Assembly: GCA_021513695.1 (NCBI GenBank)
Contig: CP084166.1
Span: 2,272,001-2,336,000, forward strand
DNA: 64,000 bases
From: Candidatus Heimdallarchaeum aukensis
GTDB taxonomy: Archaea; Asgardarchaeota; Heimdallarchaeia; Heimdallarchaeales; Heimdallarchaeaceae
Direction: 5' to 3'
Both the position numbers and the translations under genes were made by a program. Each line of letters opens with the position of its first letter. Position 1 is the first letter of the stretch. Below the pieces are notes generated by a model. That model saw only the letters and a program-made list of their open reading frames with translations. It was not told the origin of the DNA and ran no database searches. Shown here in pieces: positions 45,882 to 55,174 of the stretch.

Positions 45882-46805
45882 TTAAAAAGCTAGTTCTAAC
45901 TCATCTACAGCTTTTATTTCATTTTGTTTAATGATGTGCTTTTCCCATGTTTCTGTGTCGATAGCCAACTTTAGAACTTCCTCGAATTCTATTCTTTTGT
46001 TATAGTCTTGAAATATCTCAATAGCTTTGTTTTCATTTTCTTTAATCCACTCGTTAGAAAAATTAGATAGAAATTCAGTAAATATCTGGTAAGCTTTTAT
46101 TTTTTCTTTATTTGTTGTTAAAACGATTGTAAACGCTTTTTCTATTTTTCTAATGAGGACTATGATGTGCTCTGATTCTATTTCAGTTAAATCTCCTAGA
46201 CCATATTGCTGACTCATGTTCAGTATTGCAGAAATAAAAGCGACTAATAAAACAGCATCATAAGGTAAAGATTGGGTAATTAGCAGATACAAAGGTTGTC
46301 CATCTTCATTTGCAATCAATATGTCTAAATCCTTTAGAACCAAGCCAAACGATGTAAATATTTTTTCGTTACCAACTTTTATTTTTTCAATATTTGTTCT
46401 TTTGTTTACAACTAAATTTAGTGATCTCGCAAAATTACTCACTTGCTTTCTCTCATATTCTATAGTCTTTTTATCTTCCATTATGTCATTTATAGAACTA
46501 CTTTTGACCCATGCAAATTGTTGACGAAAGATTTTTACTACTTTTTTGACTACTGTTGAATAATAATCCTTTTTCTTGACGATAACTAAAAAATAATCAT
46601 TTACTGCTTCATAAATAACTTCATTTTCTCCAAAAATGACTTTTTTTGGTATTTTTTCTCCTAATTCTGTAGTAAGTGTTGTCACAGCACTTATGAAACT
46701 TATAAGGGACGCTTTGATTTCCCTGTTAGACCAGGTTCCATGATAGATTCTGTAAAACCTACATGAACCGTTTCTTTTTAGTATCAAAATGGCCTTGATT
46801 AACAC
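45882..46805 (-). CDS. hypothetical protein with two Roadblock/longin-like modules (fold call by eye)
   Basis: MLIKAILILKRNGSCRFYRIY...YFLVIVKKKD and DILIANEDGQPLYLLITQ...AFTIVLTTNKEK resemble the strand-helix-strand pattern of longin/Roadblock domains. Confidence 0.45.
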   Translation of the reverse strand: MLIKAILILKRNGSCRFYRIYHGTWSNREIKASLISFISAVTTLTTELGEKIPKKVIFGENEVIYEAVNDYFLVIVKKKDYYSTVVKKVVKIFRQQFAWVKSSSINDIMEDKKTIEYERKQVSNFARSLNLVVNKRTNIEKIKVGNEKIFTSFGLVLKDLDILIANEDGQPLYLLITQSLPYDAVLLVAFISAILNMSQQYGLGDLTEIESEHIIVLIRKIEKAFTIVLTTNKEKIKAYQIFTEFLSNFSNEWIKENENKAIEIFQDYNKRIEFEEVLKLAIDTETWEKHIIKQNEIKAVDELELAF

Positions 46806-46913
46806 TGTTTTTCACTTTGTTTTATTTTCTTTATTTATCACTTTTTTTATAGTCTCAGTTTTTATGTGCGCAGTTTAAAAAAGTATAAATTGGTTTTTTC
46901 TAATTATAACTAA

Positions 46914-47990
46914 TTAATCAATAATATAAACTGATGAAGCTTTGAAGATTGCGCATATTTCTTTTCCTTTCTTTATATCTAACTTTCTTTTTGATGTTCT
47001 CGTAATTACAGATGTAATCTCTATTCCACAATCCAGTACTACTTTCACATTTGATGATAAGTTTTCAATGATTTCAACAACTTTGCCCTCAAAACAATTT
47101 CTTGCACTGGTGAAATCCATTTTTTTAGGAGAAAGTATAATGTCCTCTGGTCGTATTGTTATAGTTATTTTTTGATTCGGTTTGAGTTTAAGATCATCAG
47201 ATAAAAATATCTTAATTTTCTTATTAGCATTTTCTGGAATAAAAAAAGTGAGATTCTCTTCATGATAAATAGTTCCTGAAAAAATATTCTCAAAATTAAA
47301 AAACTCTGCAATAAATTGAGATTTAGGATCCTCTATTATATCTTCAGGAGTGGCAAATCGTTCTATTTGTCCATTATTTAGTATTATGACTTTATTTGCT
47401 AATTCTGTTGCATCACCAATATTATGAGTAACATAAATAATTGTTTTATTGTAAACCTCTTTCGCTTTTTTAAGTAGTTTTATTATCTCTCTAGCTTTTC
47501 TTCTATCAACTCCAGAAAGAGGTTCATCCAATAAAATCAGTGGAAAATCAAGAATTAAAGCTCTGGCAATCGATATCCTATGCGCTTCTCCTCCAGACAA
47601 ATTTTTAGGTAATCGATTCCTCTTTTCTTCTAATCCCATGAATTCAAGAATGTCGTTAATTCTTTTTTCTCGTTCTTCTTTTGGAAAGTGATTAAGAATA
47701 AGTGCATATTCAAGATTTTCCTGAACTGTCATGTGAGGAAATAGTGTCGGTTTTTGTGGTACATAAGCTATTTGCCTTTTATTTAGAGGAAGGTAGGTGA
47801 TATCTTTCCCTCTGTAAACAATAGTCCCTTCGTTAGGAGAATAAATACCAAGGATAGTTTTTAGTAAAGATGTTTTTCCACTTCCAGAGGGCCCCAAAAT
47901 AACTATTGAATCATTTTTGGAGGCAGAAAATGTTATATCCTTTAACTCAAATTTTCCTAGAGTTAATCTAATTGAATTCACTTTTAACAT
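46914..47990 (-). CDS. molybdate/tungstate ABC transporter ATPase with C-terminal TOBE/Mop domain
   Basis: Walker A GPSGSGKTS, signature LSGGEAHR, Walker B LLDEP, and a C-terminal TOBE-like beta domain. Confidence 0.85.
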   Translation of the reverse strand: MLKVNSIRLTLGKFELKDITFSASKNDSIVILGPSGSGKTSLLKTILGIYSPNEGTIVYRGKDITYLPLNKRQIAYVPQKPTLFPHMTVQENLEYALILNHFPKEEREKRINDILEFMGLEEKRNRLPKNLSGGEAHRISIARALILDFPLILLDEPLSGVDRRKAREIIKLLKKAKEVYNKTIIYVTHNIGDATELANKVIILNNGQIERFATPEDIIEDPKSQFIAEFFNFENIFSGTIYHEENLTFFIPENANKKIKIFLSDDLKLKPNQKITITIRPEDIILSPKKMDFTSARNCFEGKVVEIIENLSSNVKVVLDCGIEITSVITRTSKRKLDIKKGKEICAIFKASSVYIID

Positions 47991-48806
47991 TTATCTGTCC
48001 TCCTTCATCATAATTCTTGCTCCTACTCTTGCTAAGGCAAAAAGAATTGTACTTATAATAATGATAAAAACAGCAACAGGTCTAGCTGCATTTGTTCCTT
48101 GAGAGTTGTATAAATCGAAAACAATTACTGGAGCTGTTAAGGGATAATATGCCATGAAAACCACGGCACCAAACTCTGATGCTGCTCTTGCCCAACACAA
48201 AATAGTACTTGCTAAAATACTTTTTCTCGTTTGAGGAAAAACCACTTTTCTAAATGTGGTAAAAGATGATGCACCTAATATGTGCGAAAAAATTTCAAAA
48301 TCTGGGTCTATTAGATCAAATGTCTCTCTTGCACCTTGTATTAAAATGGGGGCGCTAACGAATAATTGAGCTATTACTATTCCTAGAATTGACCTTGTAA
48401 ATATAGTACCATACTCTGATGGGAATATTTGACCGATTAAACCATATCTACCAAAAACAGATAATAAAGCAATACCAGCAACACTATGGGGGAGAGCTAA
48501 AGGTAAATCTACTAATGTAATAAGAAAATTTTTTCCAAAAAACTCTTTTCTTGAAAAAATATATCCTAAACTAATTCCAAAAAATATTGAGACTATTGCT
48601 GTAATTGTAGCTGTAAAGAAAGTTGTCAGTATTGCTAGTTGCACTTTCTCAATCTTTAGAATCTCAATAAGACTTTGAGGTTTTTCTGAAAAAACCATCC
48701 ACAAAATAGGAATCACTAAAAGAAATAGGGCTAACATACTAAATAAGTAAAGAATAAGATAAAAAAGAGATATTTTTTTGGTAAAATGTTTTATTTTTAC
48801 TTTCAT
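47991..48806 (-). CDS. molybdate/tungstate ABC transporter permease
   Basis: Six hydrophobic segments and an EAA-like loop (ARAASEFGAV). Abuts the ATPase gene with no gap. Confidence 0.8.
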   Translation of the reverse strand: MKVKIKHFTKKISLFYLILYLFSMLALFLLVIPILWMVFSEKPQSLIEILKIEKVQLAILTTFFTATITAIVSIFFGISLGYIFSRKEFFGKNFLITLVDLPLALPHSVAGIALLSVFGRYGLIGQIFPSEYGTIFTRSILGIVIAQLFVSAPILIQGARETFDLIDPDFEIFSHILGASSFTTFRKVVFPQTRKSILASTILCWARAASEFGAVVFMAYYPLTAPVIVFDLYNSQGTNAARPVAVFIIIISTILFALARVGARIMMKEDR

Positions 48807-48809
48807 AAT

Positions 48810-49844
48810 TTACAGCTCTACATTAGCTATAACTTTATCTTTTAATTTTTCTGGTAATAAACTTATGTTTTTTGTTTGTGGAGGATTAATAACCGGTTGG
48901 TAAGCTTGTTCGCTAATTATTCTTAATCCTTCTTCTGAAAGAATAAAACTAACAAAATCAACGGCTTCTTGGAAATTGGGTGCATTGTTTGGGATTGTTA
49001 ATCCGTACCATATTGCTTTACCTGTTTTTTCAGTAATACCTGGGCCTGTTGTATTTACAACTTCTCCAGTTATCGAGTTAAAGTAAACTGTTGCCTTACT
49101 ATAATAATCATTAAACGATTGGTTTGCGAGATTAATGTGTTCATCCAATTTGATATATGATAAATTATACTGAAGAGCCATGCTTTCATAAAGAAAAGCA
49201 TAGTCTATTTCTCCGATTTGTAATGGCCCCACAAGCTGTGCTTCATTACTTGTCCAAGGGTTTTTGAGTGTGGGGTGATTTATGTAATTATTCCACAGAC
49301 TACTATCATTATAAAAGAATGAAGCAAGTTTAAGAGTAATAAGTGTTCTATATCCACATGGATCATCTGCAGGATTAGATCTAGTTGTTATCACAGATGA
49401 TCGATTTGCATATAGGTACCAATTTGAAGCGTTTATCTCCGATGAAAATTGACTTTTTGAAGTGTAGGCTAAAACTATTGCATTTCTGGCAAAAACAACA
49501 CTCCAATTTGCCCATTTTGGTTGTGTTTCAACCATCATAGTATCAATTAGTTTATAATCAGAACTGAAAAGGATATCAGCTAATCTTCCTTCCTCAGTTA
49601 TTTTTCTTATTGAAGCTGCGCTCCCTGCTGATTCATGTTCAATAACAATATTAGGGTGTTGTCTTTCATATTCTTCTGCTAATTTTTCGATAGGGTAACT
49701 CAAGCTTCCTGCATGAAAAATAACAAGATGTGTTTTTTTATCACGTAAAAGTATCATACTAGCTGAAAATATAAAAGCTACGATAAAAAGACCGATTAAG
49801 ATATTAATAATGATCTTTTTGCTATTCATTATCTTCGAGAACAT
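48810..49844 (-). CDS. tungstate/molybdate substrate-binding protein (WtpA/ModA-like)
   Basis: N-terminal anchor helix, then VIFHAGSLSYP...ESAGSAASIRKI...ADILFSSDY, typical of WtpA-type binding proteins. Confidence 0.7.
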   Translation of the reverse strand: MFSKIMNSKKIIINILIGLFIVAFIFSASMILLRDKKTHLVIFHAGSLSYPIEKLAEEYERQHPNIVIEHESAGSAASIRKITEEGRLADILFSSDYKLIDTMMVETQPKWANWSVVFARNAIVLAYTSKSQFSSEINASNWYLYANRSSVITTRSNPADDPCGYRTLITLKLASFFYNDSSLWNNYINHPTLKNPWTSNEAQLVGPLQIGEIDYAFLYESMALQYNLSYIKLDEHINLANQSFNDYYSKATVYFNSITGEVVNTTGPGITEKTGKAIWYGLTIPNNAPNFQEAVDFVSFILSEEGLRIISEQAYQPVINPPQTKNISLLPEKLKDKVIANVEL

Positions 49845-50118
49845 CTACAAGATTTAAAAAAATATTTGTTGATATATGGACTTAATTTCTTATAAAATCA
49901 AGCAATAGAGCTTGAGAGATGTTTATCGACACAATAACATTAAATCAAATAGTGGTTATCAAATTGTCGCTTGTAATATATTATGAAGACAGTAAAACAA
50001 CCTTTAGCTTGTTTATCAATTAGAAATAACATATTACTATTTTGTTCTTATTTTCTAATTTTTAAATTAAAAGAGATTTTTTTGTTGTTTTCTCATCTCA
50101 TTAATTGTATCAAAAAGT

Positions 50119-50571
50119 CTAAATTTTTACCGAAGCTATTACAGTTTCAAAGTTTATGTCTTCGAATTTATTAATAATTGAATATCCTTCACTATTAATT
50201 GGTAAGTTTGAAATAAATAAAGCATGTATTCTTCTTCCTTCTGGTTTTACTCTTGTAATACGTTCGATGAAATCTTTTATGTCTTCAATAGGAACAAAGC
50301 TGTCTCTATAAAACCTACATTCACCTAAAATAAGTTTTTGTTCATTAAAAGCTACAAAATCAAAAATGAGTATCTCGTTCAGTGTCCAACTTACCCATTG
50401 ATATCCATCGTTTTCATAATCATACATAGGGATATCGAAACCTGATTTTTTTAATTCCTCAACACATAGTTTTACAACATCTGGATGAGCCTTACCAGGG
50501 ACAAAGTAACTTAATTTAGGTAATATATTTGATATTTTTAGTACTAGTTGTGTTGTGAGATTCATCCTCAT
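50119..50571 (-). CDS. hypothetical protein, possible PD-(D/E)xK nuclease-like fold
   Basis: 150 aa. FDFVAF...LILGECRF could be a D...ExK/R-type motif. Weak, by eye only. Confidence 0.3.
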   Translation of the reverse strand: MRMNLTTQLVLKISNILPKLSYFVPGKAHPDVVKLCVEELKKSGFDIPMYDYENDGYQWVSWTLNEILIFDFVAFNEQKLILGECRFYRDSFVPIEDIKDFIERITRVKPEGRRIHALFISNLPINSEGYSIINKFEDINFETVIASVKI

Positions 50572-50752
50572 TTTTTATATTGGAAAATAGTATAAGAATA
50601 TATTCATCATCTTGATTTTCGTATATTTTTTTCATTCTCTGTTGTTACTTCATATTTTGTCCTATTTCATTCATTTTTTTCATTTTCTTCTTTAGTAAAA
50701 GGTCTTTATCTCTAAACTTAAATATAATAGTAAAAATCTCGATTTAGTTAAA

Positions 50753-51625
50753 ATGAGTTTCGAGATTCTGGATACACGAGAGTTAAATTCCGAGAATACT
50801 TGGATGAAAATTAAAGCTCCTTTAATTGCTGAAAGATGTAAAGCAGGACAATTTGTTATTATACGTGCAAATGAAAAAGGAGAACGAATTCCTCTAACCA
50901 TTGCTAATTGGGATAAAGAAGAAGGTTCTTTTGAAGTTGTTTTTCAAAAAGTGGGTGCAAGTACATTAGAATTAGGCACTTACAAAAAAGGAGATCTATT
51001 GCTCGATGTTGTAGGTCCTTTAGGAATACCCACACATACAGAAGGAGCGGGAAATACCGTGGTTATTGGTGGAGGATTAGGAATTGCAATTGCTACTCCT
51101 GTTGCACGAGCTTATAAAGAAGCAGGAAATAAAGTACATGTTATTATAGGGGCTCGAACAAAAGAATTGCTCTTTAATATTGAAATTTTAGAATCTTTTG
51201 CAGATGGACTAACGATTTGTACAGATGACGGTAGTTTTGGTATTAAAGGCTTTGTGACCCAACCATTACAAGAAATGATCGATAAAGGAGAAAAAATTGA
51301 TACTGTATTTTGTGTTGGCCCCCCCATAATGATGAAGTTTATTTCAAAAATAACAGAAAAACATGGGATTCACACTGTTGCTTCTCTCAATACTATTATG
51401 TTAGATGGAACAGGTATGTGTGGTGCATGTAGAGTTACTGTTGGTGACGAAATTAAATTTGTTTGTGTTGACGGTCCTGACTTCGATGCACATTTAGTAG
51501 ATTGGGATGAAATGATGGCTAGAACACAAGCTTATAGAGAAGAAGAGAAAATAGCATTAGAGCACTACCATAAATGTAGAGCTGAAAAGGCTTTAGAAGA
51601 GCAAAATGCTCAAGAAAATAAGTAG
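50753..51625 (+). CDS. NfnA/SudB-type ferredoxin-NADP+ oxidoreductase small subunit (PyrK-like)
   Basis: FAD/NAD-binding fold (RIPLTIA, GGGLGIA) and C-terminal 2Fe-2S motif GTGMCGACRV...CVDGP. Confidence 0.8.
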   Translation: MSFEILDTRELNSENTWMKIKAPLIAERCKAGQFVIIRANEKGERIPLTIANWDKEEGSFEVVFQKVGASTLELGTYKKGDLLLDVVGPLGIPTHTEGAGNTVVIGGGLGIAIATPVARAYKEAGNKVHVIIGARTKELLFNIEILESFADGLTICTDDGSFGIKGFVTQPLQEMIDKGEKIDTVFCVGPPIMMKFISKITEKHGIHTVASLNTIMLDGTGMCGACRVTVGDEIKFVCVDGPDFDAHLVDWDEMMARTQAYREEEKIALEHYHKCRAEKALEEQNAQENK

Positions 51626-51637
51626 AGGTAGAAAAAG

Positions 51638-53104
51638 ATGGGTTCCGAAGCAAAAAAAAGTAGGGGTAGAAAGCCATTAGTAAGAACAAGATTACCTATG
51701 GCTACACAGAGACCAGAAGATAGAGTAAAAAATTTTAATGAAGTTCCTTATGGTTATAATGAAGCAGAAGCAGTCCTTGAATCACAAAGATGCCTTCAAT
51801 GTAGAAACGCTCCTTGTGTTAAAGGATGTCCTGTTGAAGTTCCAATTCCTCAATTTATTAAATTGGTTCAAGAAGGTAAATTCGTTGAGGCTGCAGAAGT
51901 AATAAAAACAAAAAATAGTCTTCCTGCTATAACTGGAAGAGTATGCCCACAAGAACTTCAATGTGAAGCACGTTGTGTTATGGGGAGAAGATATCAACCT
52001 GTATCAATAGGTAATCTTGAACGTTTTGTTGCTGATTATGCAAGAGAACATGGTGAAGCGTTACCTGAACTCCCTGAACCAACTGGAAAAAAAGTGGCTG
52101 TAGTAGGTGCAGGCCCAGCAGGATTAACATGTGCAGGGGATCTAGCTTTACTTGGACATGAAGTAACAGTTTTTGAAGCTCTTCATGCTCCTGGTGGTGT
52201 TTTAATATATGGTATTCCAGAATTTCGTTTACCTAAAGATATTGTCAGATATGAAACTAATTACTTAAAGAAATTAGGTGTAAAGATTATACCCAATTTT
52301 ATTATTGGGAAAAATAAAACCGTTAAAGAGCTACTAAATGAATTTGATGCAGTTTTTATAGGCACTGGTGCAGGTTCTCCAAGATTGCTAAAAATTCCAG
52401 GAATAAACCTAGTTAATGTATATTCAGCTAATGAATACCTAACCAGAGTAAATCTGTTGAAAGGTTATCTGTTTCCTGAATATAAAACTCCAGTGAAAAA
52501 AGGAAAAACTGTTATTACAATTGGAGCTGGAAACGTAGCTATGGATGCGGCACGAACCGCAAAAAGACTTGGAGCAGAGAACTCAATAATAGTTTACAGA
52601 AGAAGTAAAAAAGAATGTCCAGCTAGAGTAGAAGAAGTACATCACGCAGAGGAAGAAGGTATAGATTTCAGATTTTTAACTAATCCAATTAGAATAATAG
52701 GCGATGAAAATGGACGTGTAAAGGCTTTAGAATGCCTGCGTTACAAACTTGGCGAACCAGATGAAACAGGAAGAGCTAAACCTATTCCTATTGAAGGTTC
52801 AGAGCATATAATCGAATGTGATGTTGTTATAATTGCAATTGGAAACAATCCTAACCCCATTATTCCTCAAACTACACCAGACTTAGAAACTAGTAAGTGG
52901 GGAACAATAATCACTAACTCGAAAACAGGAGAAACTAGTTTACAACGAGTTTATGCTGGAGGAGATATAGCAACAGGAGCAGCAACAGTTATTGCAGCGA
53001 TGGGAGCAGGAAAAATAGCCGCAAAAAGCATCCACAAACAATTAATGGGTCACGAAATCGATGAAGAAGAACATAACCTCGAAGTTGGCAAATGTGACTC
53101 TTAA
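51638..53104 (+). CDS. NfnB/SudA-type subunit (glutamate synthase small-chain-like, GltD family)
   Basis: CLQCRNAPCVKGCP Fe-S region, VAVVGAGPAGLTCAG and a second dinucleotide fold TIGAGNVAMD, YAGGDIATG. Confidence 0.85.
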   Translation: MGSEAKKSRGRKPLVRTRLPMATQRPEDRVKNFNEVPYGYNEAEAVLESQRCLQCRNAPCVKGCPVEVPIPQFIKLVQEGKFVEAAEVIKTKNSLPAITGRVCPQELQCEARCVMGRRYQPVSIGNLERFVADYAREHGEALPELPEPTGKKVAVVGAGPAGLTCAGDLALLGHEVTVFEALHAPGGVLIYGIPEFRLPKDIVRYETNYLKKLGVKIIPNFIIGKNKTVKELLNEFDAVFIGTGAGSPRLLKIPGINLVNVYSANEYLTRVNLLKGYLFPEYKTPVKKGKTVITIGAGNVAMDAARTAKRLGAENSIIVYRRSKKECPARVEEVHHAEEEGIDFRFLTNPIRIIGDENGRVKALECLRYKLGEPDETGRAKPIPIEGSEHIIECDVVIIAIGNNPNPIIPQTTPDLETSKWGTIITNSKTGETSLQRVYAGGDIATGAATVIAAMGAGKIAAKSIHKQLMGHEIDEEEHNLEVGKCDS

Positions 53105-53177
53105 ATTTCTAAACCTTTTTTTAATTCCCTTTCAATCTTTTTTTGGTAAAAAAGTCTTAATCCAGTATTGATCTTAT

Positions 53178-53657
53178 CTATAAGATTAAACGATAAAGAT
53201 AGGCATTTTCTCCATCTTCATAATATTTTCGAATAGTTCTGATTCGCTTAAAACCCATTTTTTCATATAGATTAATTGCATAATTATTAGTTACTCTTAC
53301 CTCGAGTTTAATCGAACTAAAACCTAGTTCTTTTACTTTAGTTACGAAGTATCTAAGCAGCATTTTTCCGTATCCTTTCTTCCTAAAATTTCTATGAATT
53401 GCTATAGAAAGTATATGTGCTTCAGACTTAAATGATGATCTTCCACCAAGAATGAAACCTATTATCTTGCTATTAGAATTACTATTATCCAATAAATTAA
53501 CATCTGTTTCTAAAACAAAGCATAGGTCAGGATTCTGAAAGAAAATTAAGGAAATATACGATTCAGGGAAAGGAAATGCAAACGTGATTCGCTCTAAATC
53601 ATAAACATCAATAATATCTTCAGCTTGCATTTCCCTTATCTGCACCATAAGTTTCAC
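53178..53657 (-). CDS. rimI: GNAT N-acetyltransferase (RimI/Ard1-type)
   Basis: IREMQAEDIIDVYDLE..., acetyl-CoA motif RNFRKKGYGKMLL, NNYAINLYEKMGF. Confidence 0.75.
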   Translation of the reverse strand: MKLMVQIREMQAEDIIDVYDLERITFAFPFPESYISLIFFQNPDLCFVLETDVNLLDNSNSNSKIIGFILGGRSSFKSEAHILSIAIHRNFRKKGYGKMLLRYFVTKVKELGFSSIKLEVRVTNNYAINLYEKMGFKRIRTIRKYYEDGENAYLYRLIL

Positions 53658-53764
53658 AATTAGTAGTCATTGATTACAACCATAGTTTAGTAGAAAAAAA
53701 CTTTGTGTTCTATTAAATAGTTTAAAATAGGGAAAGTTAAATAAGACTTTGAGTAGATTCTTAT

Positions 53765-53998
53765 GCCTTCTATCGAGGACTTGCTAGAGGTTGTTTATGA
53801 CAAACGATGAAAGCAAGAGCAAAAAGAAGGCTACAGCCTATCATATACGGGCTCTTTACCAAGTTGAGTGTGTCACTCAGAACAATGAGGTTGAGTCAAC
53901 CCTGATAGGCTACATTGGGTTCTCCTGAGGAGCTCTGCTAGCAGATGTGGGGTTGTCCCAAAGATGAAGCTTAGTGTTAGCCTTAGGGGAACCCTTTA
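53765..53998 (+). ncRNA. candidate structured ncRNA of unassigned family (strand inferred from neighbours)
   Basis: GC-rich island with no ORF. Hairpins ttgagtg/cactcag (53864-53880), ggttg/caacc (53889-53901), ctcc/ggag (53922-53932). Long-range agcctatca (53835-43) pairs with tgataggct (53903-11); gctagc (53937-42) pairs with gttagc (53976-81). Confidence 0.5.
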
Positions 53999-54057
53999 GT
54001 TATATTGAAACAGAAAAATTAAAAATAGGTTGGAATTAAGCAATTCAGTAGAAAATA

Positions 54058-54132
54058 GGGGTAGTAGTCTAGTGGTATGACAACGCCTTCACGCGGCGTA
54101 GGTCGCAGGTTCAATTCCTGCCTACCCCACCA
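54058..54132 (+). tRNA. tRNA-Val (anticodon CAC), CCA encoded
   Basis: Acceptor GGGGTAG/CTACCCC, anticodon stem ACGCC/GGCGT with loop TTCACGC, T arm GCAGG-TTCAATT-CCTGC, discriminator A then CCA. Confidence 0.9.
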
Positions 54133-54155
54133 CTAACAATTTGTTGAGAAATCAA

Positions 54156-55121
54156 ATGTCAGAATCAAATACTGATCACGGATTTATTGACCTTTTTTCG
54201 GGAGCTGGAGGTTTTAGTTCTGGGTTTAGACTTGCTGGCTTTAAAGAATTACTCGCTATTGAAAGAGATCCCTCTGCCTTAAGAACATACAACTTGAACC
54301 TGCCTGATGCAATTTGTATAAATGATGATATACGAAATATTCATTCCTTAGAAATAGAACAAAAATGTTCTCAAAAACCAACAGTTATATTAGCTTCTCC
54401 TCCTTGTGAACCATTCACTGCTGCAAATACAAAACGAAAGGAAACTGCGTGGGAAAGGTTTTTTGAGGACCCTCAAGGTGATTTAATTTTTCATGCAATA
54501 AGGATAATCAAAGACTTGAATCCCGATTTTTTTGTTATTGAAAATGTTGTGCCTATTATAGATGGTGAAGGAAAAGATATTATTCTCGAAGCTTTTGCAG
54601 ACTCCAAATTCCAAGACATCCATTTTAATGTTATTCGTGCAGAAAAACACGGTTCTCCTTCTTCTAGAAAACGTGTTTTTATTTCTAACATTAATCTTAA
54701 TTTAGAGAAAAAAAAGACTGTTACTGTTGGTCAAGCTTTATCTGGTCTTCAGGATCCTTCCTATCCAAATGATCTTCCCAATCATTTTTTATCTCCTGTT
54801 CCTGATAAGATTCAAAAAAGAATTCATCAAATCAAGCCTGGGCATGCAGCTGTTTACTTTGAAGGAGCTTTAAGTGAAAAAGTAAATTGGGTCAAGCTTG
54901 ATAAAGACAAAGTTTCCCCTACTGTGATGGGGAAATCTCGATTTATTCATTTTCATCAAGATAGAGCCTTAACTGTACGTGAACATGGACGATTGATGAC
55001 CTTTCATGATGATTTTAAATTTACTGGAACGATTGAGGAAATGTATAACCAAGTTGGAGAGGCAGTTCCTCCATTAATTTCTTATTTGATCGCAGAAGAG
55101 ATAAAAAAACAAATTAGTTGA
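54156..55121 (+). CDS. dcm: DNA (cytosine-5)-methyltransferase, no adjacent restriction enzyme
   Basis: Motif I DLFSGAGG, motif IV SPPCEPFT, motif VI FFVIENV, motif X QVGEAVPP. ATG at 54156 lies 23 nt after the tRNA-Val 3' end; the track's TTG at 54141 would be 8 nt after. Confidence 0.85.
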   Translation: MSESNTDHGFIDLFSGAGGFSSGFRLAGFKELLAIERDPSALRTYNLNLPDAICINDDIRNIHSLEIEQKCSQKPTVILASPPCEPFTAANTKRKETAWERFFEDPQGDLIFHAIRIIKDLNPDFFVIENVVPIIDGEGKDIILEAFADSKFQDIHFNVIRAEKHGSPSSRKRVFISNINLNLEKKKTVTVGQALSGLQDPSYPNDLPNHFLSPVPDKIQKRIHQIKPGHAAVYFEGALSEKVNWVKLDKDKVSPTVMGKSRFIHFHQDRALTVREHGRLMTFHDDFKFTGTIEEMYNQVGEAVPPLISYLIAEEIKKQIS

Positions 55122-55174
55122 AAGTATCAATTTTTCCAAAACATTTAATTTTTCTATAGTAAATTTCTTTTAGA

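Noticed and set aside
53765-53998. Assigning the GC-rich RNA to RNase P RNA
   Set aside because: I could not find the conserved CR-I (GAGGAAAGUCC) or CR-V (ACAGAAxxCGGCUUA)-type blocks on either strand, and the length is short for type A/M. It stays unassigned rather than being called RNase P.
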